From NCBI GenBank assembly GCA_964106915.2, contig OZ066918.1: a stretch of DNA of 64,000 nucleotides, one strand, 5' to 3'. Source of the DNA: Podarcis gaigeae. Lineage: Eukaryota. The position numbers and the translations under genes are program-made. The notes beneath the pieces were generated by a model that saw only the letters and a program-made list of their open reading frames with translations, did not search any database and was not told the origin of the DNA. Below, piece by piece: positions 49,601 through 63,987 of the stretch (within the stretch, counting starts at the first letter, position 1; each line of letters opens with the position of its first letter).

Positions 49601-52600
49601 CTGCTAGCTTTCTCATCTTGAAGGTAGGTCACCAGCTCCAACAGCTAGGGGCAGCTCAGTTAGGGAATAATTCATTTCTTTTTGCATTCAGCTCCTCCTC
49701 CTGCTTCTGCTGCTGCCATTCCATGAGAAAATTTCTCTCTTGACCCACCTTATTCCTTTCTCTGGATCACAGCCAACGCAGTGTAGAAAATGAATGGAGG
49801 GTGGAAAGGAGATAGAAAAGAGGTTGGCGAAGCTTCTAAGCAGAAGTCCTGGAGCACAGCGGCAATAGAAAGAGCATCTGAGAAAGCAGTCATTTTGAGG
49901 GTTGGCTGAATACCATTAGAAGAGATAAAAGCTTTGGAGAAAATGATATGGACAACAATTTCATAAACTAGACAAATGACTGTACATGAAAGATATTGTC
50001 AGGAGCCTATAAAGTAATCCATTTTACACTATGGAATAATAATCCATTTTGTACCCTGTTTTTCTTTATATGAAGAAAATAATCATTGCAACCCTCACCA
50101 GCTTCTTTGTTGTCATGAGTAACAGAGATAAAATGCTTCAGTTCATATGGACAAACAAAAACCTCTAGGCTGGTTCTCTGTCACGAGGAAGATTTCTCCT
50201 CCTGCAGCACCATCTTCTTTTGGCTTTCTCAAAGGCAGCTGCTTGTCTGCGGCAAGTTGTAAAACTGGTGTCCTGAGAACGCCCAGCCTAAGGAGGACAA
50301 ACAGCAGGTAGTTTAGTTCTTTGGTGCACTAAACACACAAACGCCTCTCTGGTGGCTTGTGCTCTGAGCTGGACTGTTTGAGCAATGGTGGGACTATGCC
50401 CGCTTGCAAAACTTAAGTACCCTCGCCTGACAGTGTGGGCCTAAGCCTACATGGAAGTTGCCAGTGTGTCTTCAAGTCCCTTCTAGTCTTAGTGGACAAT
50501 GGGGGAGGAAACAGAGGTGATTCTGGCAGCCCCCTCCCTTCAGGCACCATCTCTCCCTCAACTCCTGGTGCATCCTGTCTTTCCTGACAAAACCCCATAA
50601 ATTGCTACCCATATCCCCTGGATCATCTTCTGGCTACACCCACTCCCTGGCGCCTGCTAGTCCCTGACACCTGGCTGCTACAGCTCTGCTTGTGAGCCTT
50701 GCAAGGGATGCTGGGGAAAAACCTGACCTCTTGTGACAGAAAATCCTGAGCAAATGCATGCAGCCCAATGATATGCACCTGTTCATTTCTCTTCCCTCCT
50801 TGGTCACTGTGCATTGGATTGCAGCCTCCTCCTCCAAATTCGTGGGAAAGAGCATTACAACTGCCCCATGATGTTGGGGCTACTTTATGTCTCTTTGGAA
50901 TAGACAGGATGGGACACACAAGGGCACCCCTGTGTTACGTGATGATGATGCTGTAACATATGGATGATGCGGCGTGAAATACCTTTGACAGTCTTCCAAA
51001 AGTTCTCAGGGCCACCCAATAAAATTGATTGACAGTAGCTTCAGAATGGGCAAAGGGAAGTACTGTTTCATTTGTTTTGTTTATTTGCTTAAAGCATTTT
51101 TAGCCGGCTCTTCAGCCAAGAAAAGGCTTGCGGAGCAGCTTACAAAGATCAGAAATGAGTCAATCCTTGCCCTCAGGTTTATGAGCTAAAAGGCAGGATG
51201 CAAAAGGAAAAGGGATTCCGACGGGAGGCTGTTCAGGGGAGACCTTAGTGGCAGGTGAAAAGCTATGGTCAGGAGCAGAGTTAGGCCTAAAATTCTAAGC
51301 CATTAAGGACCATTAAAGCCTTTTCTACTATACCTGAATGCCCACTGGGACTGTCAGGTGAAATTATGATATCCATAAGCTTAGCAAGCCCTTAAAGTTG
51401 CTAGGCATGGCACAACAATATATTTTTCAGAGAAATCGTAAGGCCCTGGCAGCATACTTGCAACATGAGTTTCTCAACAAGATTAATTCAAGAAGGAAAC
51501 TTTTGTCTTGCTTTCCTAGAAAGTGTGTGCTTGTGTGTGTTATATATCACAGTGATGAAGCAAGCAGACTTTACTGAATATCCAAGCATCCCATTTAAGC
51601 TTCTCTGGAACAAATATATTATGATTTCCAAAGAGCAATTTGCAATGCAGATCCATGTAATGGTAAGATTGCATTAGTTGATCATGCCAGGAAGCTTATC
51701 GCTGCACTTAAGTGTTCACAATCTTGCAATGTAAATTATTTGCCAAGTTGTATTTTACTTGAGGCAATTATATTGGTGCTTGGAAACACAAGTGCATTTA
51801 GCTTTCAAAACGGAAGGAAAGAGATTACTGTTGGGAAGCTGGGGCTTGGCTTGGCTGCACTTTAGATCATGATGTAGTATTCTGGGCCACTGCAAAACCT
51901 AGATAATAATATCCCACTCCTCTTGTAGGAACCAGCATCTTGCCAAATCCTCTGGCTTTCTTCAGATTTCTTTGGATGTTATGCCAAATATGTGCCAAAT
52001 ATGCCATAGAGTTAGGAGAAATTCGGTGATATCCCTGCTTAAAATCTATCACACAGTGGCTCTACTTTGGGATCTGCGTTGGAGAAGAAACATTGCTTCC
52101 CTCTTCTTTTGCCTTTGTGACAAAAATGGTCATAGCACCAATCCCTACCCTCAGCTCAAACGTAAGGAAAATACCAGAGAGCCCAGTTTTGAGTGTGAAT
52201 GTTGTTGGAGCGACTGTTGGTGTCACGAAAGCACTCCTCCCCTGTTATTTGCATGCATAGCAACTAATCAATCAAAGGAAATGTGCTCATAACTGATATG
52301 GCCACAGTGTGCTTACATTTGCTGGCCTGATCTTCAGCCACTGGGTACATCCTTTTCCCTTATAGAACAGAATTGATACACCCTTTCCTACCTTGGCCCA
52401 CATTCCCTTTTGAACAACCTTCTGGGGCCAGAAGGCAGCAGAAAGAGCAAATGTCCTCTTACCTTTGTACTAAACAACTCCCCTACAGCTCTCCATCCTC
52501 CATCAGGGAAACAAGAGGCATTATCACAGTTCAGCATTCTAGACAGGTGCAGAAGGGGGCCTGTGAGGTGGTGTGGTTTGAGGGAAAGTAGTATGGCCTG

Positions 52601-55600
52601 GGGATTGACGTGGCCTGAGGACCAGACAGAGAAGCCTGAGGTTCCTTGCCCATTTTTGAGTGTGGGCTACCAGTCTAGATTTTATATGGACTCCTGTTGT
52701 TGATTATCCTCTGACTCACTATTTTCAGTCCTTGCCGAAACGTATTCACTGTGCTAGGATTTTTTTTAAAGATCTAACTAGTTCAGTATCTAGTTTGCTG
52801 GCTTGGGTGGTCTTGTAAAATCAAGCTTTTGAAGGCCCTGCTTTTCAGAGGATTCCCAAACTTGAGCTTTTGGTCCATCTTCAGGAGATGGGGTTTTTAG
52901 TGCGTCATCTTATTTTGTCCCTCATTAGAATGCCAGCATGTTGCTGATATCCTATAAACAGGAGTGCTATCGGGCAGAAACACACTTATCCAAACTGTTC
53001 CTGTTTGTACGGTGCAGTCATCCTATAAATTATTCCATCAGGGTCTGATGGTCATCTTCTCTGCTTAACACTCTCATATCCCACTCACGGAAATAATAAA
53101 TGAACCATTATGGCCTTGATCTGTATTCTTGTCAACCCTACTTACGAAAACTGACTCGCAAACAAACAAAGGACATATGGGTGACAGCTGAGGACAAATT
53201 ACCTTGCCCTTAACTCTTCTGGTCTCCATCTTGATGCTATTTTCTGTAAATCTGTTAATAATCAATGGCATGGTACAGCTGAGATGGTGAACAGAACTTT
53301 CTACTTGCTCACTTACTGAAATCCATTAATGCTGAATGTTAGTTGCATATTAGAATAAAATGTTTCCACAGAGTTAACCAAATTTTCTTCTGCCTTTTGG
53401 TTCCCAGTCTCTGGTCAGGCACTGGTCAATGACCCCAGTAGCTCAGAAGGGCCCCAGCTGGCCCAACCCAGCTCTGTTACCTTATTGTCTTACTTATGGG
53501 ATCCCTGTACTGCCATTTTAGCAGTGGGTGAAGAGTGCTGCTGCTTGTGAATGGGTGTCAAGCTTGGCTCCTATATGCCATGGCTTTTCACCGTTAATTT
53601 TTTCCCCAAAACACCTTTTAAATTGCCCCGCCCATACATTGATGAAATCTACCACTAAAATGCAACCCTGAAACTCAGTGAGGGTGGCTATAAGTGGTGT
53701 TGCTGGTGCTATTGTGGCAGTGGCAGCAACACACACACAAAAGTGCAGTTGTATTGCATGTTTTGGGGAGGTTCTGGGGCCATCAACAGCACCATGCTAA
53801 GAGTCCCCTGAAGTCTGTTATTATTAGTTAGTTTCCACCTTATTCTGTATGTGTTATCCTTTCTGAGACAAGTCTCTGGATTCTTTTTAAAGTGGTAAAA
53901 TAATAATGGAAGGAGGGGAGTAGTTTTGAGAGTTTTTGAGTTGGAAGTTGCCTGCCTGTATCAGATACGTTCGCTCCCTTCTCCCGTAACCATGGCAATA
54001 CAAGATAGGAGGGCACTTCTATTTTATTGAACAAGGCATCATGAAAATTGCTTGTGTGACTGAATGATTAGTCCTCCTTAAGGCGACACAGAACTCCATC
54101 CCATGCTGATATTTCCCTGTTGCCCTCATCTCCAGCTCTATCAGTTTCAAATATGTCTGTGGGTTTTGGGTTTTGTTTTGTTCTTGCTTGCGCTGTGTGT
54201 GTATGTGCAGCTGTGCAGATGAAAAAAATGATTGTGTCTTAGATAACACCCACAGATTTTTTTAAAGCATAATGATTCCTAGAGTGAGCTTTTAGCACAG
54301 TCATATTGGTGAGTACTGTTGGGGTATATGGGATATTAGGGGAGGAGGAGTACCTCTGGTGAGGGACACATCATGCTCTTTCTTGGGTAGTTTGTCCATC
54401 TTTGGTCCCCACCCTGCACTCAACTCTTACCTGTGGCTCCTAGAGGTTGTCAGCATGTTACAGCAGTCATACTCCAGGAAACAGTTTTGACTGGCTAGCT
54501 AAACCAGGTGAGGGTAGCTGATGGGAGTGAGCAGAGATGACCAGTAGTGGGTCCAATGGTCAAGAATGCCTGTGCTGTAGAGGGAAGTGAGGGGCAGGTA
54601 GAGCTTGTCAACTTGGAAGGTAGCCCAGAAATGAAAATGGGCAGATATCAAGGAGCTGTCAGGCAAGTACAGGTCATCCACAGGTCAGGAAAGAACTTGA
54701 GACATGGAATGCAATTAGCTTTTATTCACAGAAACTAAACAACACAGTAGAGTTCCTCTGGCTCATCTCACCTAGCTAAAGACATTGCTGGAACTGACCA
54801 CTCACCCTGCCTTCCCCTCTAGCCTCTCACTCTCCCAACCAGACGTAGAAAGCAGCGGAGGGGCGGACTTCTTCTCTGGGCCCGTCTGGCCTGTTGCTCA
54901 GCAACATGCAGGACTCCCCTCAAGCAGTGTGTCGGGGAGGAGGAGAGCCAGCAGACCTGGGACTTCCTTGCTGTTGGGCAGCATTGGCAACCTCTGACTC
55001 CTCTCTGTTTGAGTCTGCACTCTTACTGAGAGACTCAGCACCCAGCCCTGTCCTGGAAGGGCCTCCTTCTTCTGAACCCCCTTGATCACTCAGTCATTCT
55101 GCATCTGTCATCTTCCAGCTTGTCCTTTGCATAGACTGGTTCCCTGTGTCCCACCACCACAGTCCTGAGTCTACACACACTTACACACTCCTCTGTATCT
55201 CCCATCCAGACAAGCAAGAGGCATTATCAGAGTTCAAGGACACATTCCAGTCAGGCAAAATCACTCAAGGAGGAAACAAAGCAGCTCTGATAGGAGACAT
55301 TGCCTGGAAAGAGGTGTTGTGTCTTGGGAGGGAGAGCCTTGGAAGTCCGCATTTGTTTCCTGGACCTGCACCCGTGTGTTACATGCAAGCAGAGAAAAGA
55401 CAACTCATGTCAATGAGATTTCCTTGTGCTGCTACATCTAAAGTGGGGCTTGCAGTTCTTGCCCATGGGAGGGCATGTCACCTCCAGCCTCATTGATCCT
55501 GCTGTGAGTGAGACTGATGAGTCCTAACCACAAATGTGTCTTGACCACACATTTTGGTAAATGTGGGGAAAGAAGATGGATCACAAGTCACATTTTGAGG

Positions 55601-57224
55601 CAGGGAAATGGAGGGCTTTGGAGCATAATATGCCAGGTTCCTATATGCTTTACACTAAACACAGGTACAAGCTATCTCTAGGGATGTACAAGTGTTAGTG
55701 TGAAGGAAGGCACACTTATTGATTTGTACAGCTCAGCTATTGAGGGAAGCAGCTTGTGATCAGACAATCAGAGGTTCTGATATGTTCTCTGATGTTTAAA
55801 AGGTCATAACAGAGCTTCCTCACAACCTGTGATTCCCGAGCCTCTTAGCTAGCCTGCCACATGAGCAGTCGCCAAACTTTTGGGGGCCTATGGACATATT
55901 TACACAACGAAGAAACTTGTTGTGAGTGTCACACACACACATGCATTGCCACACACTCAAGCCTATTCCATTGTTACATCAGAATGCTTCTTTTAAGCCT
56001 ATTCCAGCAATGTGAATAAAGGGAAGGCCTCTTTGGGTGCATGTGCACCTGTGGGTGCCACGTTGGCGACCCCTGTACTAGACAATACCGACTGTCTTAA
56101 TATGAATTGCTCAACCTGAATAGCGCTGAGGCTTGTCCTTCTCTGCATTGGTTCAATTTCAGAATAAAGAAGCAAAAGTCAGTGAGAGGTGAACTCTCCT
56201 TAACTTGCCCCCATTGCAGCAGGACAAGTGTGCATGTGTTTGTGGTGTAATATAGCCTAGCTGCCACAGTGTTGTAAAGTTCAAGTTACCTCCTTATCTT
56301 CCTCCTCAGCTTGATATGAAATCAAGCTGGTAGTTAACACTTTTCATAGCAAGTACTGACATGGGTTTTTTTGGGGAGGGAGAACCATTTATTTTCCGTA
56401 ACCTCTCTTCCGGCTTACAGTGTTGGTAATTGTAGCTTTAAGCATCAGCCCTGGTGAAGAGCCACTCTGGATTTCCTTGCCACTTGCTTCATAAAATAAG
56501 CATGCCTGAGAACAAGAGAGCTGTAGATTTGTATGGGGTCTGGGCACAGAGTTCATAGCAATTAGCAAGAGAGTAAGGGCTTTATGGCATGAGAGTAAAG
56601 GCTTCACAATAAATACGTTTTGTGCGTGGACCTCCAAAGTAGTTTGTAGTTTCTGCAGTTTCCCCAGCAACCAATTACAAGAGTTTTGTGAGAGTCAGGG
56701 ATATGACTTTTCCGTAAGTGCCCATAAAGCTACTGGCCATGCATCTGCAGAATCTCGTTTCTGTGTTTTGAGCTGGAGAAGGACTTTTGGAGGGCACATG
56801 GTGGGAGCATTTGTGGGAAATGGTGCTCAATTCATAATACAGGTGTGCATTTTGCGGGTTATGTTTGGACCAATTCATACTCCAAAATTGATAAGTTCAT
56901 ATTTTTGGCAACAACCCTCTCGTTTGTAATGAAACCACAACCTTTTACGTTAGTGATGCAGGGCTAAGTATTCAGTGGTTAACTAATAAGCTGATAGTGC
57001 GTATGATGCAGAAGTAAGTGCAATTAGCTGCCGTGTGGCTAATTGCCATGTAAGAGTGCTTAGGATTGCAACATGGGCTGCACTCAAAATAACAGAGAAA
57101 TGCTGCAAAGTAAGGCCGTCATCCCTCCAAAATTCCCCTCTGATTTCTGAGGGAAAGGATTAATTGCCATGTTACTTGTGTTTCTTGTGCTCCATCAGAG
57201 AGAAAGAGAGAGTGCAGGCAAACA

Positions 57225-57600
57225 CTCATGGGCAGAGATAGAGGAGAAATTCCATTTGATTCACATTCTGTGGCGAACTTATGTAAATTTGCACCTCTCT
57301 GAATTTTGCAATGCAATAGTCTCCAAATAATATGTACAGTAATGCATATAACTAGGGTAAACCACATACATAAATGCACATAGCAGTGCATCATACTAGG
57401 GGAAATTGCTTTGTAAAGATGTGTGCATTAGTGGAAATGGCACACAAAAATCTGTCTCTTCAGAGAAATTTGCACAAAAATGCTGGTGAATTTTCAGGAG
57501 GATTTTATTTCTAAAAAATCAAACTGATGTGGAAATGTGGAAAACTGAATTTAAGACTGGAAAAAAGAGAAACTGAGATTCGCATATACACCCATCCCTG
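57225..57600. mobile_element. AT-rich non-autonomous DNA transposon family member
   Basis: ATGGG...CCCATCCCTG ends and an AAATGTG..TATTAGG.AAATT core shared with ~8870-9260 and ~47770-48035 (-). Confidence 0.55.
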
Positions 57601-58135
57601 CTAATGGGTGCTTGAAGCATCGGTCACCTCCACCTCCACCCATCTTGTGCTCCTTCTCACTTCCAAGGGGCCCACCAAGTTTAACTCTGGACATGAGTCA
57701 TGGAAACTGGTGCAAAGAGCATCACTTTCATGTCAGTACTTGTAATCCTCAGCAGGAGATGACATGCCACTGAAGGGCTAGGCCACCCACTGCCACCTCC
57801 TCTTGCCCCAGGGGAGTCTTGGTGCAGGCAAATGCAGCAAGAGCTCAAGGAGTGATTGAGTGAGCCATGCTTGACCCACAATAGCAGCACTCAGTTTTGT
57901 GAGTGCTCTTCTTTGAAATCCTTTAACACCCCTGTCCTTCACTGAAGTTAATGGTTTCTTATCTTAGATTGGACCAAGCCTGTGAGAAGTAAAATGCAAA
58001 TGTATTTTTGGAGACCACCAAGATTTTGTCCAGGAATGGCTGATGAACATGGGCTGATTTATTTTTATTTGATTAAGATTTATATTTGTCTATCACAAAT
58101 TCATGCCATCTTGCTGAGTCATACTCAAGGTTGGT

Positions 58136-58408
58136 GTAGTGTGGTGTAGTGGTTAAGAGTGGTAGTCTCATAATCTGGTGAACTGGGTTCGCGTCTCTGC
58201 TCCTCCACATGCAGCTGCTGGGTGACCTTTGGTTAGTTACACTTCTTTGAAGTCTCTCAGCCTCACTCACCTCACAGAGTGTTTGTTGTGGGGGAGGAAG
58301 GGAAAGGAGAATGTTAGCCGCTTTGAGACTCCTTAAGGTAGTGATAAAGCGGGATATCAAATCCAAACTCCTCCTCCTCTTCCTACTCCTCCTCCTCTTC
58401 TTCTTCTT
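58136..58408 (+). mobile_element. Squam3-type (MIR/Ther1-derived) tRNA SINE, near full length
   Basis: A box TGGTGTAGTGG, B box GGTTCGCGTC, CORE GCTGGGTGACC..GG.TAGT.AC, L2-like tail ending GGATATCAAATCCAAAC + (CTC/TTC)n. Confidence 0.88.
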
Positions 58409-60286
58409 AATGAATATTCACCGCACCTGTTGAATAAAAAAAAATAATGGCGTAGAAAAGAGGGCAGATTCTTCTTGCACATTCCATATCCAGTCTAGTT
58501 TATGTGCTAACAATAAGATATTTTATTGTGCACAAGTGCTAACGGTGACTATTTCCTCTGTAGTATAAAGTCTTAAGAAATATTTGCCCATTCATCAAAT
58601 GGCTGTTTGTTTGCATGTGGCTTTGTACAGTATTTGCAAGATTTAGGTTTTGATAGTTGGCCAGCTAGCTATAGAAATAGATGGCCTCATTACTGCTGAG
58701 CAGTGATTAAAGATCAGCGGGGTATGTTTACTCCTTTGAACAACTGCCTCTAGGAAGGAATGGAAATGCAATTTTGGTGTGTGTTATTAACGGGTGTAGA
58801 GCAGTAAAGCCACTTCAGTTGCAATTGAGAAAGAGTGTGCATTCATAGTATTCCACATATCAATAGGATGAGAACTCCTCCCTATTTGAACATACTTAAA
58901 TATGCCTGCCCTTTACATTGCTTTGGAGAGAACTATGTTTTTAGACATTTGTTTAGGAGACAAAGGTTACAGTAGACTTGCATTAATTGTTGTGACCCAC
59001 CAAGCTCAGCAGAGCACATCAACCACCTCTTGTGGTCAGCCAGGGACTGACCACTGATCACTGGCATCTGGTTACAATACTATACAGGCAACAAAGCACA
59101 GGTAGTTTATTGAGTCCCCATTGGGTTACCATGAATGGCTAGTGGGCTTTAGTTGGCTTTGTTGATGTAACTGGGAGCTACAGGATAGCCCAACCTTCCA
59201 TACCGCTCCATGCCTATGTGACATCATCCAACTCAGCTGTGACTGAACGTGCTTATAAATGGTTTTGTCTGGTGGTGTCATTTGGTGTTGGGCTAACCCA
59301 AAGTGGAAAATGAAGTGACTGACTATCTGAATAAGGGGAGGGGAAGTGTTCAAAAGAAATTGATAAAAGGAAGAAAGGCAAGGTAGGTTACATGAGATTG
59401 GAGCTTCCATCCCAGTACCTATTCATGCATCTGGGTTAGTGCTTCTCAAAAGGCATGGAAGGAAGATTCAAGGACAATTAAAAAAAATATTAAGATATTT
59501 CAGTGTAGTATAGTATAGTATCAAAGTAATTCTTTTATATTTACAGAATATGAATAGATATCATTTCAAAATGAGAGCGAGAGCATTGCTTATTCTTCTA
59601 GAGTTCTCCACGACAGATTGTTATGAACAGGGATTTTCAACTCTGCCGAATATGAAAGATCAGAAAAGAGAAAGGCTTCTTTGTGTTGAGGAGATGAGAG
59701 TTTGTTTGTCTCACTGGGAGAAGAAAGGAAAGCTCTCAGGTAAGAGCTGGGAGGGTCCACCACTTTCTGTGAGTGACAAGGGTTAAGAGCTACCTTTGAG
59801 AGAGGACTCCGCATTTTCTTTCCTATTTCTTTCTCTGCTTTTGTTTTTAATTAGATTAAGTTTTTATTTTATTGTATTTTGAAAAAGCTTTAATAAAATC
59901 TTCTAGAAAAGAGTTAGTCTCAAATTAGACCTAATGAGATTACCCGGCAAAAGCAAGCTCACACCTCTCATTGAGTTTGTATAAATACTTAAGGTACATA
60001 TGCAAGAGGCTAGTTTAGAATTATATTTGGGAAATGATTCATGTTCTTATGTAGCTACATCTTTTTATACTTTCAGAATATTGCTTTATCATATTATAAA
60101 GCTATTGCGTTCTATGTTATAAATTAGGCACTGCTAGGAGCTGTTTTTGGTATTTCTTATCGATAAAAAATTGGTGTCGGGTGAGCAAATTATTGTTCTG
60201 AAAGTGTGGCCCAGTGAAATAAATTAGAGAGCTACTGAGCTAGGTTGATGAAGCCTAATAGCAAAGAGGCTGGTAAAAGCAGATAC

Positions 60287-60291
60287 TGTGT

Positions 60292-60332
<41 letters not shown>
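60287..60332. repeat. (TG)n microsatellite
   Basis: Direct inspection. Confidence 0.95.
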
Positions 60333-60334
<2 letters not shown>

Positions 60335-60754
60335 GGAACCACATTAAAATTCTTGCCCTATTCCTCCTGGAGGGAAAGTAGGAGAATTCAGCTTTTTGAA
60401 AATCTGAGTACACAGTATTGACTGGACAGCATCTGTCTATATGCTTGATAATCTCAAAGAACTCTAAAAGGTTAGTGAGACAGGACGTACCATTTTAGAA
60501 CACCAAAGGTGGTATTCAGCGCTATGCCAGCAGGATTCTATGGGTGCAATGAGACTTCCATTTCCACTGCCCAGCCCAGCATTTCCACAAAATCTGCTTT
60601 GAAGGGTTCCCATACCCAGAGCTGATTTTGAGGTCACACTGAGGGCTGGAAGGGGCAGGAGAGGAAGAGGGAGTTATGTCACACACAGAGAAGTTCTTTG
60701 CAGCATTGGCCCCAAGACCTGGTCTTCTGTATGCTGTTAATGCTTTAATAACAC

Positions 60755-60905
60755 CTTCCACCAGTTTTCTGGTGGACTGTTATATTAATCAGCCTGTAAT
60801 TTTCTGGATATCCCCTGGATCCCATTTTACAACTTGGAGCTAAATTGACCACTTTCCAGCCATTAGGTATAGAAGTGTTGTTGAGGACAAGCTACCTATT
60901 TTTCT
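60755..60905 (-). mobile_element. CR1 ORF2 RT-region fragment
   Basis: Reverse strand resembles the KGSRGDP.NYR motif (...YPENYRLINIT). Confidence 0.55.
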
Positions 60906-62805
60906 AATATACCATTTTTTTAACAGTGACTTAACATGTGCAGTGTGCAGACTGATCAAAAGTTCTCACTTTCCCCCTCTCCTGCTCCCTGGCCAAACTG
61001 CTCTGGAAGTGGCAAACTGCAAGTCTGGGCTTGTCATGTTGCCTGACCCCAATTCATGGCTTGTTTCCAACAAACCATGAGTAGTAAAGTAGCAACAAAT
61101 CTTGGCTACAATTTAACGATTGTAAGGAGAGAAAAGAACAATGAGTTTGGATGATGCAACAAGTCAAGGCTCGTGGTTTGCTAGCTAGGAGTGGAAGGGG
61201 AATGAAGTGGGGACCACCGAGCAGTGTGCGCTAGAACACTGATGGTTTGTTTTAAATATTTGTTATGGTTTCTTTTCTTTTCTTTTCTTAAACGACTTAA
61301 AGTGGTCTCAGAGATTTCAAGTGGTTTCCTTTCAACAGGAGAATCTTGGGTTCTACAGCTTCTATTCACATGGCCCCTGCCCCCCTCACAGATTTCTCAG
61401 TACCCTCAACCTGCAATTCCCAGAAACCATGATAGCCAAATAAAATATCACCAAGTGAAATAATTCTAACCTCTTCCTCCATTCACCCGCATCCCATAAT
61501 TTGTTCTGCCACTGACTACTCTTTTACACAAATGAATGTAAAAATTGATTCACTTATATTTGTATCTTCGACTAGATGACTTGAGCAGCATATGAATGTT
61601 TAAAATATATAGAATAATGAGCAAACAAACAAATATTTTTGAGGGTTGTGAGTGAAATTATGATTTAGTCTCCTTCTTTGAGACTGCTTGCCTCTACTTT
61701 GCCATTCCTGGCCTGTCTCACACTTAACACAAGGCAACATTTGAAATATTAAACAATAGCAAGGCTGCACTTTGAAAGTTAATATTGAACATCAGTGCCA
61801 GGAATCTTGCTCCTGAATTCTTATTAGGATGCTACATGCGATCAGGCTGTCAGAAAGAAAAAGATGAGAAGTTTATGGAAAGCACTGAGTATGAATAATG
61901 TCTATAAGCTGAATTGTGGTTATATTATGCCAAGATGCACACATGCCTGGTTTTGCACCTATAAACACAAATACTCTGGCACCATCTCGGTGCATGAATT
62001 ACTCAACACTAGCATATCTCTGTGTAAAGTGAAATGTAATAAAAATATGCTTTTTTGCACCTAAGTTAATTATCAGTTCAGATACATTAATATACATTAA
62101 AGGTCACTTTATGATGGTTATATAAAAATAAAAAGATAAGCTACACTAATAATAAGTTAATAAAATACCAAGTTCCTTTTTTAAAATGACACTGTAGCCC
62201 TGCAGTGGAAAGAGGGATCCCTGTCATGGTCTGTCGGACGTTTTGGATGGTCAAAACTGCAACCACGATGTGGCAGGATCTGTATTGATCTCTTTTTACT
62301 AAGGTGGTTCTGAAACCACCAATGAGAGTAGCTGCTTCTTACTTTGAAGAGTTTTGCTCCCAGAGCTCATGGGGGTGGGAAAACGCTAAACTTGTAAATG
62401 ATCCAGATTTGCAAATCTGCCACAAACTTTTAGTATTGGTGGCATGGAAATAGTTTAAACATATATGTCCCAGTGTGCACTGGCCTTACTTCAAAACTAT
62501 CCTGATGGGGGAACAGTAGGGAACAAGCTACAGGTGACACTTACCAGTGGTGCAGTCAGTGAATTTCATGGCTACGCTTTGTCTTCTCCATGTCTATGTA
62601 GCCATGGCCAGCCATGCCTTGTGCCGACACAAGGTGTAAAGTGGAGCCTTCACACACGAGGATGTTGGGGTCAGGGTTTTGTATGTTCCCTGACCCCTCC
62701 CCACCATCAGCTCATGCATGTTTGCCCGAAAGGGCTGTGGCTCCTTGATATGTAGGATTAGGAAAGACTCCCTGTCAGAAACTCCAGAGAACTTCTGCAA
62801 TCAGC

Positions 62806-62952
62806 ACTCAGTTGATTAGAGCGTGGTGCTGATAACACCAAGGTTGCAGGTTCGAGCCTCATATGGGACAGCTGCATATTCCTGCATTGCAGGGGGCTGG
62901 GCTAGATGAACCCCAGGGTTCCTTCCAGCTCTACAATTCTATGATTCTATGA
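62806..62952 (+). mobile_element. tRNA-Ile-derived SINE with CR1-type tail (not a functional tRNA)
   Basis: CTCAGTTGATTAGAGCGTGGTGCTGATAACACCAAGGTTGCAGGTTCGAG is tRNA-Ile-like with the 5' acceptor strand missing; joined to CCTGCATTGCAGGGGG...CCTTCCAGCTCTACA(ATTCTATG)2. Confidence 0.88.
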
Positions 62953-63008
62953 TAGACAATACTGAGGTAAATGGGACTATGGTTTAACTCATTGTTAGGT
63001 AACAGCCA

Positions 63009-63059
<51 letters not shown>

Positions 63060-63303
63060 TAATAAATAATAAATAATAAATAATAAAAATTTATTATTTA
63101 TACCCCGCTCACCTGGCTGGCTTTCTGCAGCCACTCTGGGCAGCTTCCAACAAAATATTAAAAATACATTAAAAATTCAGTCATTAAAAACTTCCCTAAA
63201 CAGGGCTGCCTTCAGATACCTTCTAAAAGTCAGATAGTTGTTTATTTCCTTGACAACTGATGTGAGGGCATTCCAGAGGGCGGGCGCAACAACCGACAAG
63301 ACC
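63009..63303 (-). mobile_element. L2-type LINE 3' end with adjacent (TAA)n microsatellite
   Basis: TTATTATTTATACCCCGC...CTGGCTGG...CCACTCTGGGCAGCTTCC is the reverse complement of the terminus at 5655 and 46470. Confidence 0.8.
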
Positions 63304-63987
63304 GTTCCTACATATGTTTGTATAGGGCTGCAGGGATGCTGAGGAGATGCACCATGTCTGATTTTTCGATTTCTTTATTTACAAAAAACAGCAACATACA
63401 ATCCAGTGGCTCTCTAGATCCGTCACCAATTTTAAATGACACACAGAGACGTCATGGAACAAACAAATGCAGCAAAAAGGGATATGGCAATTTTTACATT
63501 TGCAAAACCATAGATTAATTCTATGTGGTATGCTCTTGGGGGTGGGTTATGAGAAGCCAGGAATGCTGCCACAGAGAATAAAGTCCTACCTTCAGGTGGT
63601 ATAAAATCTTCTTCTTCCTTTGCACAATTATAGGTTGCAGAAAGCCCGATGCAGCCTTATTCTCTATCTGTAAAAAAGGATTTGGTGGCATTTGATGTTT
63701 TAGAGCTGCTGTGAGGGTAAACAAAGATGTAAATTTGCAAAAGCACTTTAAAATTTCTGTTTGAATATGATAACGAATCACATCTGGAGAAGGTGCAAGG
63801 GAGGCAGATGAACTTTCAGTGGTATTGCTTGAGAAACTTGTCTTTAGCTGCCCAGTTAGTGATAAAATATAGTTTGATCAAGCCACCCTGAATAATGTTG
63901 CATTATTTAACTAAAGACAAGCAGGAGCTATGCAATTTAATTTGATTGTTGTCCCCATTTTAATGAAAGATGAGTCTGAGAGTTATA

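Noticed and set aside
59440-59910. Possible L1-like 3' end
   Set aside because: Only a T-rich tract plus AATAAA; no TSD or ORF2 motif confirmed.
62806-62878. Functional tRNA-Ile gene
   Set aside because: Lacks the 5' acceptor stem, has no T-run terminator, and is fused to a CR1 tail; it is a SINE head.
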